Assembly: GCF_032191835.1 (NCBI RefSeq)
Contig: NC_083233.1
Location: forward strand, 51,336,001 to 51,400,000
Reading direction: 5' to 3'
DNA from: Heteronotia binoei
Taxonomy: Eukaryota
DNA: 64,000 nt
Shown: positions 21,601 to 31,836 of the stretch, piece by piece
How positions within the stretch are numbered: the first letter of the stretch is position 1
How the letters are laid out: every line of letters begins with the position of its first letter
Program-made: the position numbers and the translations under genes
Notes under the pieces: model-generated
What the model was told of the DNA's origin: nothing
Database searches by the model: none
The model's input: the letters and a program-made list of their open reading frames with translations, nothing else

Positions 21601-24600
21601 AAACATTTAACTTCCTCGGTCCCACTCATGGAAGATAGGCCTATCAGTGGCTACTAGCCCTGATGACTAAAGGGAACCTCCACATTGAGGCAGTAAACCT
21701 CTGAATACCAGTGCCAGAAGGTGACATCAAGGGAAGGCCTCAGCCTCTATGCCCTGTTGTTGGACCACCAGAGTAAGTGGTTGGCCACTGTGTGAGACAG
21801 TATGTTGGACTAGATGGACCACCACTGGTCACATCCATGAGGGCTCTTCTTATGTTCTTATGAGCAAGCAGGTCATTGATATTTACCACATTTCCAACCC
21901 TGTAATAAACCTACCAAGAGGGCCAGATCTGCAAAATTCTCTCCAGTGGCTTTTATCATGTCATGAATACGGAAGACTGGGCAATAGGGGCTAAAGTGAG
22001 CATCGTATCTGCATCCCTTGAAGTAGGAGTCATCGGCAGTCTTTAAAGTGTTGGTCCTAAAAGAGATCCAGAAAAGAACTCATGTCTTTGAGAGATTGTT
22101 TCAGTCATTTACTGCTTGGTAAAGTGGAGAGACTTGGTGTCTGAAATAAATAGTTTCTTGTTTTCACTTCAGGGGCCTGAAAATCCTAGGCACAGACAAG
22201 AGCATCTTTTTCACAAGATGTCAAAGCAGCCGATCTCTTGTATATTATTTAGGGTTTGGCTATCATGGTATGGATTTTGTATTCCTGTTATCACTGCTTC
22301 CTTTTTTAGGACTGGTCCCAACCATTTCAGAAAGGCCTGTGCAAGAATTTAGAGTGGTCAGTCTCCCACTGTGAAGCTCTTAATGATACCCAAATCTCCT
22401 GTCTGAAAATAGTCACTTCATATTGCACCTCCCTGCTGTGCCCCTGTGCAATTTCTGTCCATTTTAATGACAATTCTTGTGTAGGAGAACTTTCAGGTTG
22501 ATCATGCCTCATGTTAATTAGTGGGAGGTACCATTTGGTTTTTCCACTCCAACCACAGAAATGTCTTGGCAAAAACATTGTGGCACCAAGAATTTAAAAA
22601 AATAGCATAAGTTTTATGAACTGGAGTCTGCTTTGTCAGGATCCTGAGCTGGCAGATGTATACATATTTTGGGGGGTGGGGGGTGGGGAGCTGTCAAGTC
22701 ACAGTCAACTTAGGACAGCCTCATAGGGGTTTGCCCCAATACAAGATAGGAACAGAGGTAGTTTACCATTGCCTAATTCTATATAATGACCCTGGATTTC
22801 CTTGCTGGTCTCCCACCCATGTACTAGCAAAGACTGACCCTGCTTAGGTTTTGAGATCTGACCAGATCAGATCATATGAACATATGAAGCTGCCTTATAC
22901 TGAATCAGACCCTTGGTCCATCAAAGTCAGTATTGTCTACTCAGACTGGCAGTGGCTCTCCAGGGTCTCAAGCTGAGATTTTTCTCACCTATTTGCCTGG
23001 ACCCTTTTAGTTGGAGATGCTGGGGATTGAACCTAGGACCTTCTGCTTACCAAGCAGATGCTCTACCACTGAGCCACCGTCCCTCCCCTAAAGTCTCAGC
23101 TATCCTGGTCAATGCAGGTAGGTAGATAGATACATGCATATATGGTTGTTAACTGAAAGTTCCAAAGGTCATGAAATGTAAGGATAGGTTACAATATTAT
23201 CAGGTAAAGTTCAAATGTGATCCAGAATAGTAACCAGACACTAGCAATGCATGATGATAGGAGGCATCGAAAACCATTTCCTGAGTTCCGCTAGACCAGG
23301 GGTGGCCAATGGTAGCTCTCCAGATGTTTTTTGCCTACAGCTCCCATCAGCCCCAGCCAGCATGGCCAATGGCTGAGGCTGACGGGAGTTGTAGGCAAAA
23401 AAACATCTGGAGAGCTACCATTGGCCACCCCGCGCTAGACTAACATAATGAAATAATAGAGCCATAGAGTTGGAAGGGACCTCCAGGGTCATCTAGTCCA
23501 ACCCCTTGTACAATGCAGGAAATTCACAAATACTCCCCCCCCCCCCACATACATCCCCAGGGATCCTTGCTCCATGTCCAGAAGATGGCAAAAACCTCCA
23601 GGATTCCTGGCCAAACAAGCCTGGAGAAAAATTGCTGACTGACTCCAAACTGGCAATCAGCATTTCCTTGGGCATGTAAGAAAGGGCCACAAGAACTAAG
23701 CATTGATGCAGCCCTTCCCACCATCCTTCTCATGATCTGCCTAATTCAAAGAATCAGCATTGCTGTCAAAAGGCTATCTAGACTGTGCTTAAAAACCTCC
23801 AAGGAAGGAGAGCCCTTCACCTCCTGAGGAAGCCTGTGTCACTGAGGAACTGCTCTGTCAGGAAGATCTGCCTAACATTTAGCCAGAAACTCATTTGATT
23901 TAATTTCAACCCACTGATTCTGGTCTGGCCTTCTGGGGCAAGAGAAAACAATTCTGCACCATCCTCTAAATGACAGCCCTTCACATACTTGATGGTGATA
24001 ATATCACCTCTCAGTCGTTTCCTCTCCAGGCTAAACATACCCAGCTCCTTCAGCCTTTCCTCTTAGGACCTGGTCTCCAGACCCCTCACCATCTTCATTG
24101 CCCTCCTCTGGACATGTTCCAGCTTGTCTGTATCCTTAAATTGTGGTGCCCAATGAATGCCTGGACTTTGCTCAAGCATCAAGAAATGTGATACATTTCT
24201 TTATTAATTCTGATTCTGCAGTTTTGTACTGAAGTTTCCTCTTTATTTATTTATTATATTTATATCCTGCCCTCTCTTATCGGGCTCAGGGCGGCTAACA
24301 ACAGTTAATAACACACAAAAATAAATATTATGGTAAAAGCATAAAAATCTTTAAAACATCTTAACATATACAGTCTTGAAGCACTTCCATTGTTCTGTTC
24401 ACTTGCTGCCTTGTAAGTCAGCAACAGTTTTGTGGAAGACTGCAATTTTGGTCTATTGGTTTCTGAGCATTAGATTTGTGCTCATATATTCTTGAGTACG
24501 GTGACTGACTTCTTTGTCCTATGTAAAGAGCAGTAAGGCACTGTTGACAGATGATGACATGCCTTTCGCATTGGTGGATGAGTGATGCTCAAACAAACTA

Positions 24601-27600
24601 TACTGGGGAGGGAGTTAAACCCTCTTCCCCCTCCTCCAGGTGGCCCTAATCTAAACTGAGACAAACTTCACCCCCTGGGCTTAGATCTGCATTTTTAGAA
24701 AGCTGGGAGGATTCAATCACTGATCTCTCCTGTGCTGTGCCCCAGATTTTCCAGGGCTTTCTGTCTCTAGCCTCAAACTGTTAAAGGATCTCTATTCTTA
24801 CCTGGAGAAATTGAACTTAGTAAAATTGACACTGTTTTTAATAAGGAGGGTAAAATTCTCTGCTTCAGCCAAGAGTGGTTTCCTAGATGGGAAACAGAAC
24901 CAACAGACCAAGTAATGGAGGAGTTCATGGTAGGAATAAGAAAATAAGACAATAAATTAAGCTACATGATCAAGAGAAAACTAAGCTATTTGCATGGATT
25001 TCTGCTCAAACATGCCCCCTCCCAGGTTCAGAAGATTTTAACTTAAAAAATGAAAGAGAACCAGCATATAGCCCATTTAACTATTGATCTGGCTTTGTGA
25101 TTCCTAAAGAGCTAACCAATCAGCTGCTTCTGAAAACAGGAAGAATCAGTTGCTCCCAAGTTTGATTCACTTTGGAAGTTTGTCCATCTGTCTAAAAAGG
25201 CATGGCTGCATATCCATGGTGATCTCAGCATGTCAGTATGTTTCTGCACTGCCCCCAGAGAGTTGAAGGTGATCAGAAAGAAGAATCACTGCTCAAGGTG
25301 TGTGTACACCTCCCATTTTTGGATTTGTACAGGGTCGGCTCTAGATTGTCTGGCATCCTAGTCAAGGCTAACTTCTGGCAACCTTCCCCCTTGCACTGAT
25401 AACATCACTGAGTCACATGGGGGACACCCAATTCAGCACCCCCAGAAGGCTGGCACCCTTAGCAATCACTTAATTTGCCTAGTGGCAGAGCCAGCCCTGC
25501 ATATGTAAGTCAGTTTTAAAGAGATGTGATGTCTTTAAGTCACTTTCTGTTCTTCTTAAAAAAGTATTGCTATCCAGATAAGGATTCTGATGGTTTGTGG
25601 CAGATTGCCGAACAGACAGCTTTCCTTAGGCAGGATGCTTAAAGTAAGAGCAAGAACTTACTGGGGCAAGGTCTGGTTTTCCACTGGACACCACCCGTAG
25701 ATTTCACAAGTGCTGTGGGAGATGTTAAAACTGACACACCTCCCTGTTTTTATCCCTGCAAGAGAACAAAACCATCTCAATGCTACTTGACTGTGTCCTT
25801 TTCATCCACCTACAAGATGGTATCCATTCATATCTTGACGCTGCATGTGACCACTGTCCCTGACCAGAGGACTAAAGGCTACTGGGAGGCTTCTCACTGC
25901 CCTATTTCTGTCAGGCAACTGTCAAGCTGAAGGTACCCTTTAAGGAAGAGGCTGGAATCAAGGAAAGGTCACAATGATGGAACCTGTGGTATTTGGAATT
26001 CTTAAGGTAGGAAAGGAAAGTAGGAAAATTATATCTGGTGCAACTGGGAGGAACTACAGGGCAAGTGTCAAAGTTGTGTGATAGATTATGGTGGGATGGG
26101 AAGAGAAGACCAAGAAGTAAAAGGATCCTATTACCGTTTCCATGGATTACTGGCTGTCCTGCAACACAGTCTGAATTCTCTCTGCAACTTCCATCAGGAA
26201 CAGAAGGATGCTACAAAAGACAGAAAAAACTCACAACACTTATTGGTGGTGGTTTATTACTTCTCCATATATTATGTAATTTCAATTTGAAACAATAATA
26301 TTGAACGTGAAAGAACATATTTCAGGACACATTTACAAGCTCCTATTACAATATGATTCAGAAACTGAACAAGTCAGGACATGTATGGTGGAATGGTCAC
26401 AAAACTTTGGGAAAGAGATTCCATTGCAGCAATGGGAAACATTATGGACAAAGGACATAAAATTAATAGCAAGCCAAACACATAGAGAACTGGTATAAAA
26501 TGTTCTTTTGATGATATATAACACCCAAAGATATTGAGAAGATGGACAAAATTTGCAAAGGACTATGTTGGAAGTGTAATCAGATAGATGGTACCTTTTA
26601 CTATATGTTGTGGTCCTGCAAAAAAAAATTAAAAATACTGGATGGAAATACATACAGAAATTCAAAACATATTAAAAATCAAATTTGTTATGTCATCAGA
26701 GACAATACTATTAGGAATTCTACCAGAGAATGTGGATAAAACAATGCATGAACTGCTCAAATATATGTTAACCGCAACAAGAGAAATATCCGCAGCTAAG
26801 TGGAAAACTGTGTGTTGCCCAGCTCTGGAGAACTGGATTAATAAGATGCAAGAACATGCAGTTATGGCAAAGTTGACAAATTATATTAATCAAAAACCAA
26901 AAGATGAATTTGAAAACAACTAGAAAGTTGTGGAGTTTTATACCATATCAACTATTATGGCTTTCCCTAAGAATTCTAAGAAAGTCTGATGTGACTCGTG
27001 TGAACAATCTTTTTCTTTGCCCCTCTGACAGAACTCCAGACAGGCAACTACTGGTAAAACCGTCTGTAGTGAAGCTTACAGTAGAGATACATATGTAATG
27101 CTGAGAGTAACAAAAGGTCATCTTATTCACTCCATTGCCACAAAGCTGGATCATTCAGGCCAACACAGCTACAAACTGAGAAGAGATAGATCAAGATGGA
27201 AGCAGTGAGCAGTGATTCATGCAATCTAGTCCAGTCCCCCTAGTCCTACCGCAAATGTTGTCAGTCTTTAAGGTGCTACTGGACTCTTACTCTTTTCTAA
27301 AGCTGAGAGGAGGTGACTGCTAGATGATACACACAGGACACGCAAGAATCGAGGAAGCCATGCATTGTTGTCAAAGGAATCCATGCACAGGTGATGCTTT
27401 ATTGCAGAATGGATGAGGGGACCTACCTCTGGACAGGATCCTTGTACTTGTTTTGGTGTAGCTATGAGATTGGTAACCAAAAAGAATACGTTTTCTCCCT
27501 AAAGCATTTTTGAAAAACACATTTTTAGTTATTATGCAAAGGTGTTAATTGGGTCTGTGTGGTTTCACCATAGCTGCTGCAGCGATACAGCACAGCAGTC

Positions 27601-29609
27601 ACAGGGCTTCCTCTGCATTTTCCCTGCCTAGGCTCCATCAGCAGCTACTTCCCCTGTCTTAAAAATTTATTATATTTTCAGGGAACTTAAAAAAACCCTG
27701 AAAATATAATAAATTGTTATAACTTATAACATCATAGCAACCTGGTTTCCTGAATCCCCAGCTTTAATTTAAAAAAAAGTCTCTATCCTCTTCCATTGCA
27801 TGAGGAAAATAACCAAAGGGACTAGAAACTTTTTTAAAACTGAGAGTTCAGAGACAAAGATAACATAATGATAAATGAAGTGCCAATGAAGTCTACCAGT
27901 GGTGGATGGGGCAGTGACTGTAGCGGGTGACTGGAGAAGGGGAAAATGGGGTTATGTGAGTGGGACCAGACAGATCTGGACTTTCTCATCCACTGGCGTG
28001 TCAGTCTGATTTTGTTTTGATCTTTCTTAAAACATTGCAGCAAAACAGGTCTGGGAAAGACTGCAGAAAAGATGGGAAAACCCCTATAGGTGCATCAAAG
28101 TGCTGTGATGTGGGGAAATGGGGGAAAAACATGCTTTCCTTTAGTGCATAAGTGACCAAAATGTTGCCACTGGACATAGTGTTGGACTGAGTTTTTTAAT
28201 TAGAATCTGTCCGCTAAGAATTCACTAAGTGGCTTTGTCAAGGATGTGGCAATTTCAAAGGGGGTTCTGTCATGAGTGGCCTCTTCAGGTGACAGATTAC
28301 TTGATCTGATTGTGGGGCAAGATCCACTGAGATGTTCTGTACACGCCCTGTTGAAATGAACCAGAGTAATGCGAGAACAATGTTAACCCAAATAAGTCAA
28401 AAGGTAATAAGAATAAAAGTTCCTGGTCCACAAACAAGTCAGTCTCCAGCTTTGGAAGCAAAACACTGATTCGAACCTGGCCTGATTTAGCCAGCCAATT
28501 TTGACACTGTCTGAGGCAGAAGCATACCTGAGGAGGTTTCACATAATCTGCCACATCCCACAACCGGTCTCCAAGCTCCTTAATGTGTGTGACCGAAATC
28601 CCTTTCAGTTTGGTGATCACAGAGATGTGAGGGTCTGCATCCTTCTCCTGGTAGCCCTTTTTGAATAGAAACACCCATCTGCAAAGCAGGAAAGACAGCG
28701 AGAAACCCACATACAGTCATATGCCAACCTACCCATGTGCCATGCCAAGATTATCTGACGGAATGGTGTGTACTTTGGAGGGCCATTTCCCAGTCAAAGA
28801 AACTTCTCAGGTTGGCTCCTCTCACTCCTCAGTAGCTTGAACATGCACAGGAAGTTGCCATATATTGAATCAAACCACTGGTCTACCATGGCCAGTATTG
28901 TTACTGACTGGCAGTGGCTCTCCAGGGTTTGAGACAGAGATCTTTCATGTCATCTACTACCAATCTTTTTTAAAAAACTGGAGATGCCAGGCATTTAAAC
29001 TGGGATCTTCTGCATGTAGAGAAGATGTTCTGTCACAAAGCCAGAGCCCCACCCTGGCTTACTCTACATGACCTGGGAGAAGCTACATAGGTCGTCATGT
29101 ATTTTCTGCTGCTGTAGCTACTTTTTTTTTTTTGCCTCAGCAGGAATCTTCACATTTCCTTCAAAAGTCACATCAGGCAAAATTCTGACAGGAATTATAA
29201 TGTCAAACTATTATTAAAAGTAAAGGAGAACCAGAAGGTAGCAACCCTAGATGTGGGTGGCATGCGTGAAGAAGTCAGGAAACTCGTGCTTCCCTCTTCC
29301 ATTCCCTCCCCTTCCTGGCTCCTTCTGCCAAAGGCTCACATACAGGAGTAGTTGAAACAATCCTGCAGGCTCAGCCACTGCTCTGGGCACTGCAGTCTGA
29401 GGAACTGCTAGCAAAGCCTGTGACTTGCAGTTTCAAGGCTGCCCATCTGCCCTTTCTACCAGCCCTTTCTCTTACCCGAGAATATAGCCCAGGATCCCCA
29501 GCTGGATCAAGCGGTGCAACACTCCGACCTTTCTGTTCCTGGTTAGCACAAACTTCTCTGTTTTATAATCCAGAAGTCCCAGGAAGACATTGCTCCAGGG
29601 ATCCTCCAT
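15571..29609 (-). CDS. P2RX6: P2X purinoceptor 6, 378 aa, 12 coding exons
   Basis: Exons (- strand) 29476-29609, 28528-28678, 27427-27498, 26135-26210, 25662-25755, 24802-24882, 21915-22056, 21122-21231, 19219-19312, 18692-18757, 17869-17946, 15571-15609 total 1137 nt; motifs [42 protein letters not shown]; ten ectodomain cysteines; short left flipper typical of P2X6. Confidence 0.96.
16004..16313 (+). mobile_element. CR1 LINE 3' end
   Basis: atgtggaattcactgccacaggaggtgg...ggcccattggcctgatccaa...ttcttatgttcttatg tail; related copies at 21625-21862 (+) and 51456-51590 (-). Confidence 0.8.
16691..17270. mobile_element. TAGGGTTGCCA-type non-autonomous DNA element containing a Squam3-like SINE 3' fragment (about 16968-17082)
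   Basis: Left TIR tagggttgcca, degenerate right end ctggcatctcta; related copy at 56035-56449; catatgaacatatgaagctgcc SINE tail inside. Confidence 0.7.
17869..17946 (-). CDS. P2RX6: P2RX6 exon 11
   Basis: [26 protein letters not shown]; 78 nt. Confidence 0.95.
18692..18757 (-). CDS. P2RX6: P2RX6 exon 10
   Basis: [22 protein letters not shown]; 66 nt. Confidence 0.95.
19219..19312 (-). CDS. P2RX6: P2RX6 exon 9
   Basis: [31 protein letters not shown]; 94 nt. Confidence 0.95.
19546..19734. repeat. Local tandem duplications (55-nt unit x2, 16-nt unit and short actggata repeats)
   Basis: aaacagagctgcacatctagc...gtttataggctctgc at 19607-19661 and 19680-19734. Confidence 0.9.
20381..20497. mobile_element. 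Small hAT MITE
   Basis: TIRs cagggctttttt / aaaaaagctctg; perfect 8-bp TSD cctctcac. Confidence 0.9.
20660..20870. mobile_element. hAT-type MITE (gttccctctaagctg family), degenerate
   Basis: gctccctctaagctg...cagcttagaaggaacac ends; inverted sister copy at about 53735-53920. Confidence 0.65.
21122..21231 (-). CDS. P2RX6: P2RX6 exon 8
   Basis: [36 protein letters not shown]; 110 nt. Confidence 0.95.
21915..22056 (-). CDS. P2RX6: P2RX6 exon 7
   Basis: [47 protein letters not shown]; 142 nt. Confidence 0.95.
22690..23115 (-). mobile_element. 5S-derived SINE interrupted by a full-length Squam3-like tRNA SINE (22873-23088)
   Basis: 5S-like body 22690-22872; tRNA SINE with A/B boxes (gtggctcagtggtagagca, ggttcaatcccc) on the - strand; 5S head resumes at 23089-23115. 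Confidence 0.8.
23297..23432. mobile_element. Palindromic hAT MITE
   Basis: About 50-bp near-perfect TIRs caggggtggccaatggtagctctccagatg...; 8-bp TSD cgctagac. Confidence 0.9.
23462..24152 (-). mobile_element. CR1 LINE 3' fragment
   Basis: [35 protein letters not shown] (CR1 ORF2 end) and ggtcccttccaactctatg tail. Confidence 0.85.
24802..24882 (-). CDS. P2RX6: P2RX6 exon 6
   Basis: [26 protein letters not shown]; 81 nt. Confidence 0.95.
25662..25755 (-). CDS. P2RX6: P2RX6 exon 5
   Basis: [30 protein letters not shown]; 94 nt. Confidence 0.95.
26135..26210 (-). CDS. P2RX6: P2RX6 exon 4
   Basis: [25 protein letters not shown]; 76 nt. Confidence 0.95.
26250..26930 (+). mobile_element. L1 LINE ORF2 C-terminal fragment (frameshifted)
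   Basis: [18 protein letters not shown] zinc-knuckle, ETILLGILP and LENWINKM segments typical of squamate L1 ORF2; AT-rich. Confidence 0.8.
27427..27498 (-). CDS. P2RX6: P2RX6 exon 3
   Basis: [24 protein letters not shown]; 72 nt. Confidence 0.95.
28528..28678 (-). CDS. P2RX6: P2RX6 exon 2
   Basis: [13 protein letters not shown]...[11 protein letters not shown]; 151 nt, cag acceptor, gtatgc donor. Confidence 0.95.
28862..29060 (-). mobile_element. tRNA-derived SINE (Squam3-like), old copy
   Basis: ttgaatcaaaccactggtc...tggcagtggctctccaggg...actggagatgccaggcatttaaactgggatcttctgcatg. Confidence 0.65.
29476..29609 (-). CDS. P2RX6: P2RX6 exon 1 (coding)
   Basis: [44 protein letters not shown]; gtaaga donor. 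Confidence 0.92.
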
Positions 29610-29789
29610 TGCTGGCTGGCTGTGAAAGACTAGCGGATGCTGACAGCAGCAGACACTGTATCTTGGCCCATTGCCCAGTAGGAGCTCAAAAGGTAAGGAG
29701 GCAGTTTTAAAAACCAAAGAAACTCAGGATGTTAACATCAGTATTGGTATCTTCCTAAGCAGCAGGGAGGGAGGGGGGAAGTAAAGTCT

Positions 29790-30015
29790 GAGGCTATGGA
29801 CAGGATTCATAGACGTTTGGAGCCTTCTACCTGCTTGTATGATCCTTGCCCCTCCTGGCTGTTTAAATCTGGCATATTGGTACCAGGGCACAGTGGTGCC
29901 AAGACCCTGGATCAGAGAAACAGTAAATGCCTCCATGAGAGAAGAGGTGGTTGTCCTTGCCTTGAAGCAGGCTGTGGTGCTCCTGCTCCTAAAGAAACCT
30001 AATTGGGACCCATGG
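29790..30015 (+). mobile_element. L2-type LINE ORF2 fragment
   Basis: VNASMREEVVVLALKQAVVLLLLKKPNWDP resembles the L2 pre-RT motif (K.A.V.P.LKKP.LDP). Confidence 0.65.
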
Positions 30016-30509
30016 TTGTGTTCTATTACTTTAATAGGTGAATTTAAAAATGTTTTGGATAGCACTTTAAATGTTCAGGTCTCATCTATTCATACAACAA
30101 CCTTACAAGGTAAGTCAATATTGTGACCTTAGGGCAATCACTTTCTTTCACTGTGATCGACCTTATGGGATTATTGAAAGGATAAAATGGGATATTCCCA
30201 TGGACTGTCGCCTCAAGTTCATTGCATGCAAATGTTAGATTCCCATTGTACAGGTGTAGCAACTAACTTTTTATTTTTTAAAAAGCTTCCCTTAATTGTG
30301 AGTGAAATTTGGTACATATACAGGCAGGGACCAACTTTACATTTGAGTTTCAAATATCAGCTTGACCACCACACCCAATTTTCCAGTGGAGGAAGAAAAA
30401 TGAAAATTACATTATAATGGGGTATCAGTCTCAAAAGGGTATGACAAGCCAGTTTATGTTCAGGACAACATACCAGTAATATCCAGTACACTACCATTAA
30501 TTTCCAGTA

Positions 30510-30805
30510 AAAGGTAAAGTTAGGCCCCTGTGCAAGCACGAGTTGTTTCCGACTCTGGGGTGACGTTGCTTTCACAACGTTTTCATGGCAGACTTTTTAC
30601 GGGATTTTACGGGTTTGCCATTGCCTTCCCCAGTCATCTACACTTTCCCCCCAGCAAGCTGGGTACTCATTTTACCGACCTTGGAAAGATGGAAGGCTGA
30701 GTCAACCTCAAGCCAGCTACCTGAACCCAGCTTCCGCCGGGATTGAACTCAGGTCGTGAGCAGAATTTAGGACTGCAGTACTGCAGCTTTACCACTCTGC
30801 ACTCT
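30510..30805 (-). mobile_element. Sauria SINE (Squam1-like)
   Basis: Minus strand ...ctgcagtactgcag...gttgactcagccttccatc...gagtacccagcttgctgg...acctttaccttt; 13-bp TSD ttaatttccagta at 30497-30509 and 30806-30818. Confidence 0.88.
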
Positions 30806-30817
30806 TTAATTTCCAGT

Positions 30818-31027
30818 ACCAGGTAGATATTAGGAAAAACTGTTTTACAGTAAAGGTTGTTCAACAGTGGAATCAGCTGGTGAGGAGGTGGTGAGCTCCC
30901 CCCCTCACTGGCAGTCTTTAAGCAGCAGCTGGACAAACCCTTGTCAGGGATGCTCTCTGGCTGATCCTGCATTGAGCAGGGGGTTGGACTAGATGGCCTA
31001 TAGGGTCCCTTCCAACGCTATTATTCA
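30818..31027 (+). mobile_element. CR1 LINE 3' end
   Basis: ggttgttcaacagtggaatcagctg...tgatcctgcattgagcagggggttggactagatggcc...ggtcccttccaac. Confidence 0.8.
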
Positions 31028-31654
31028 TTTCAAAGACAAATCCCAGCTCCATCCTCACTCCCATTTTCTAGGAGGGGTGGGGAAAGACATTAAACATGAC
31101 TTGAACATTGAAAAATCAAGAAAGTATATACGAAATGTCTCCGTCTGAGTGTTTGTTTTAATGCATCTGTTTTCAAACGCAACAAGGGAGGAAGAAAGTG
31201 CAGTTTGGAGGCTATACAAACTTTTAGGTTCTGCACTCAAGCATCCATCAGACCCAGAATACTCTTTGCAACAGTGGCCAGACAGCTGCTTTTAGGACTC
31301 CTCCCCCCGCCACTGCTGTTCAGATTGATATTATATACTGCATCTGAACATTTATCGTCACCAGATCTTATGGCACAGCTCCAGTGTCATCCTATGCAGA
31401 TTTACACCCTTCAAAGCGTATTGATTTCAAAAGGATTTAGAAGGGTGCAGCTCTGATTAGCATTGCACTCTAAAAACCTCCAAAACCCACCCTTTGTATC
31501 TAAGCTAATAGCCACACACTTCGCTCGCTTTCGTTGTCCATCAGTTAATAGGCCCCACCTTTTTAACTGCCTCCTCCAATTGGCTCCGTGAATCCTGATG
31601 CGCCCGCCCATTTTCCAAGCAGAGTCACCTCCTCCCTCTTTTTAGTGCGGCGTC

Positions 31655-31668
31655 GTTGCTATGACAGC
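31655..31668 (+). promoter_or_regulatory. RFX X-box-like motif
   Basis: GTTGCTATGACAGC versus consensus GTTGCCATGGCAAC (11/14), 30 nt upstream of the LRRC74B ATG. Confidence 0.65.
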
Positions 31669-31698
31669 CAAACAGCAGCCTCGGTCCAAGCTGCGCTG

Positions 31699-31836
31699 AT
31701 GCCGAAGCTGCTTCTATCGCCAGTGCCGGAGCAAGAGAACGACGTCGGGGGTCAGTGGCCCGGCAGCAGCAGCTCTTCTTTCGATGTCAGTCAGAGCGGC
31801 AGCAGCAGCTCCCCGGACTCTGCTGAGGGGCGAAAG
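31699..31836 (+). CDS. LRRC74B: LRRC74B putative exon 1
   Basis: MPKLLLSPVPEQENDVGG...SAEGRK, gttaga donor, phase 0 matches exon 2; lies within the promoter CpG region. Confidence 0.65.

Noticed and set aside
22990-23088. tRNA-like sequence with A and B boxes (also 34330-34413 and about 54030-54090)
   Set aside because: Heads of tRNA-derived SINEs continuing into SINE body, not tRNA genes.
29610-29717. N-terminal extension of P2RX6 suggested by the ORF track
   Set aside because: The ORF begins at TTG, not ATG; no upstream in-frame ATG in this exon.
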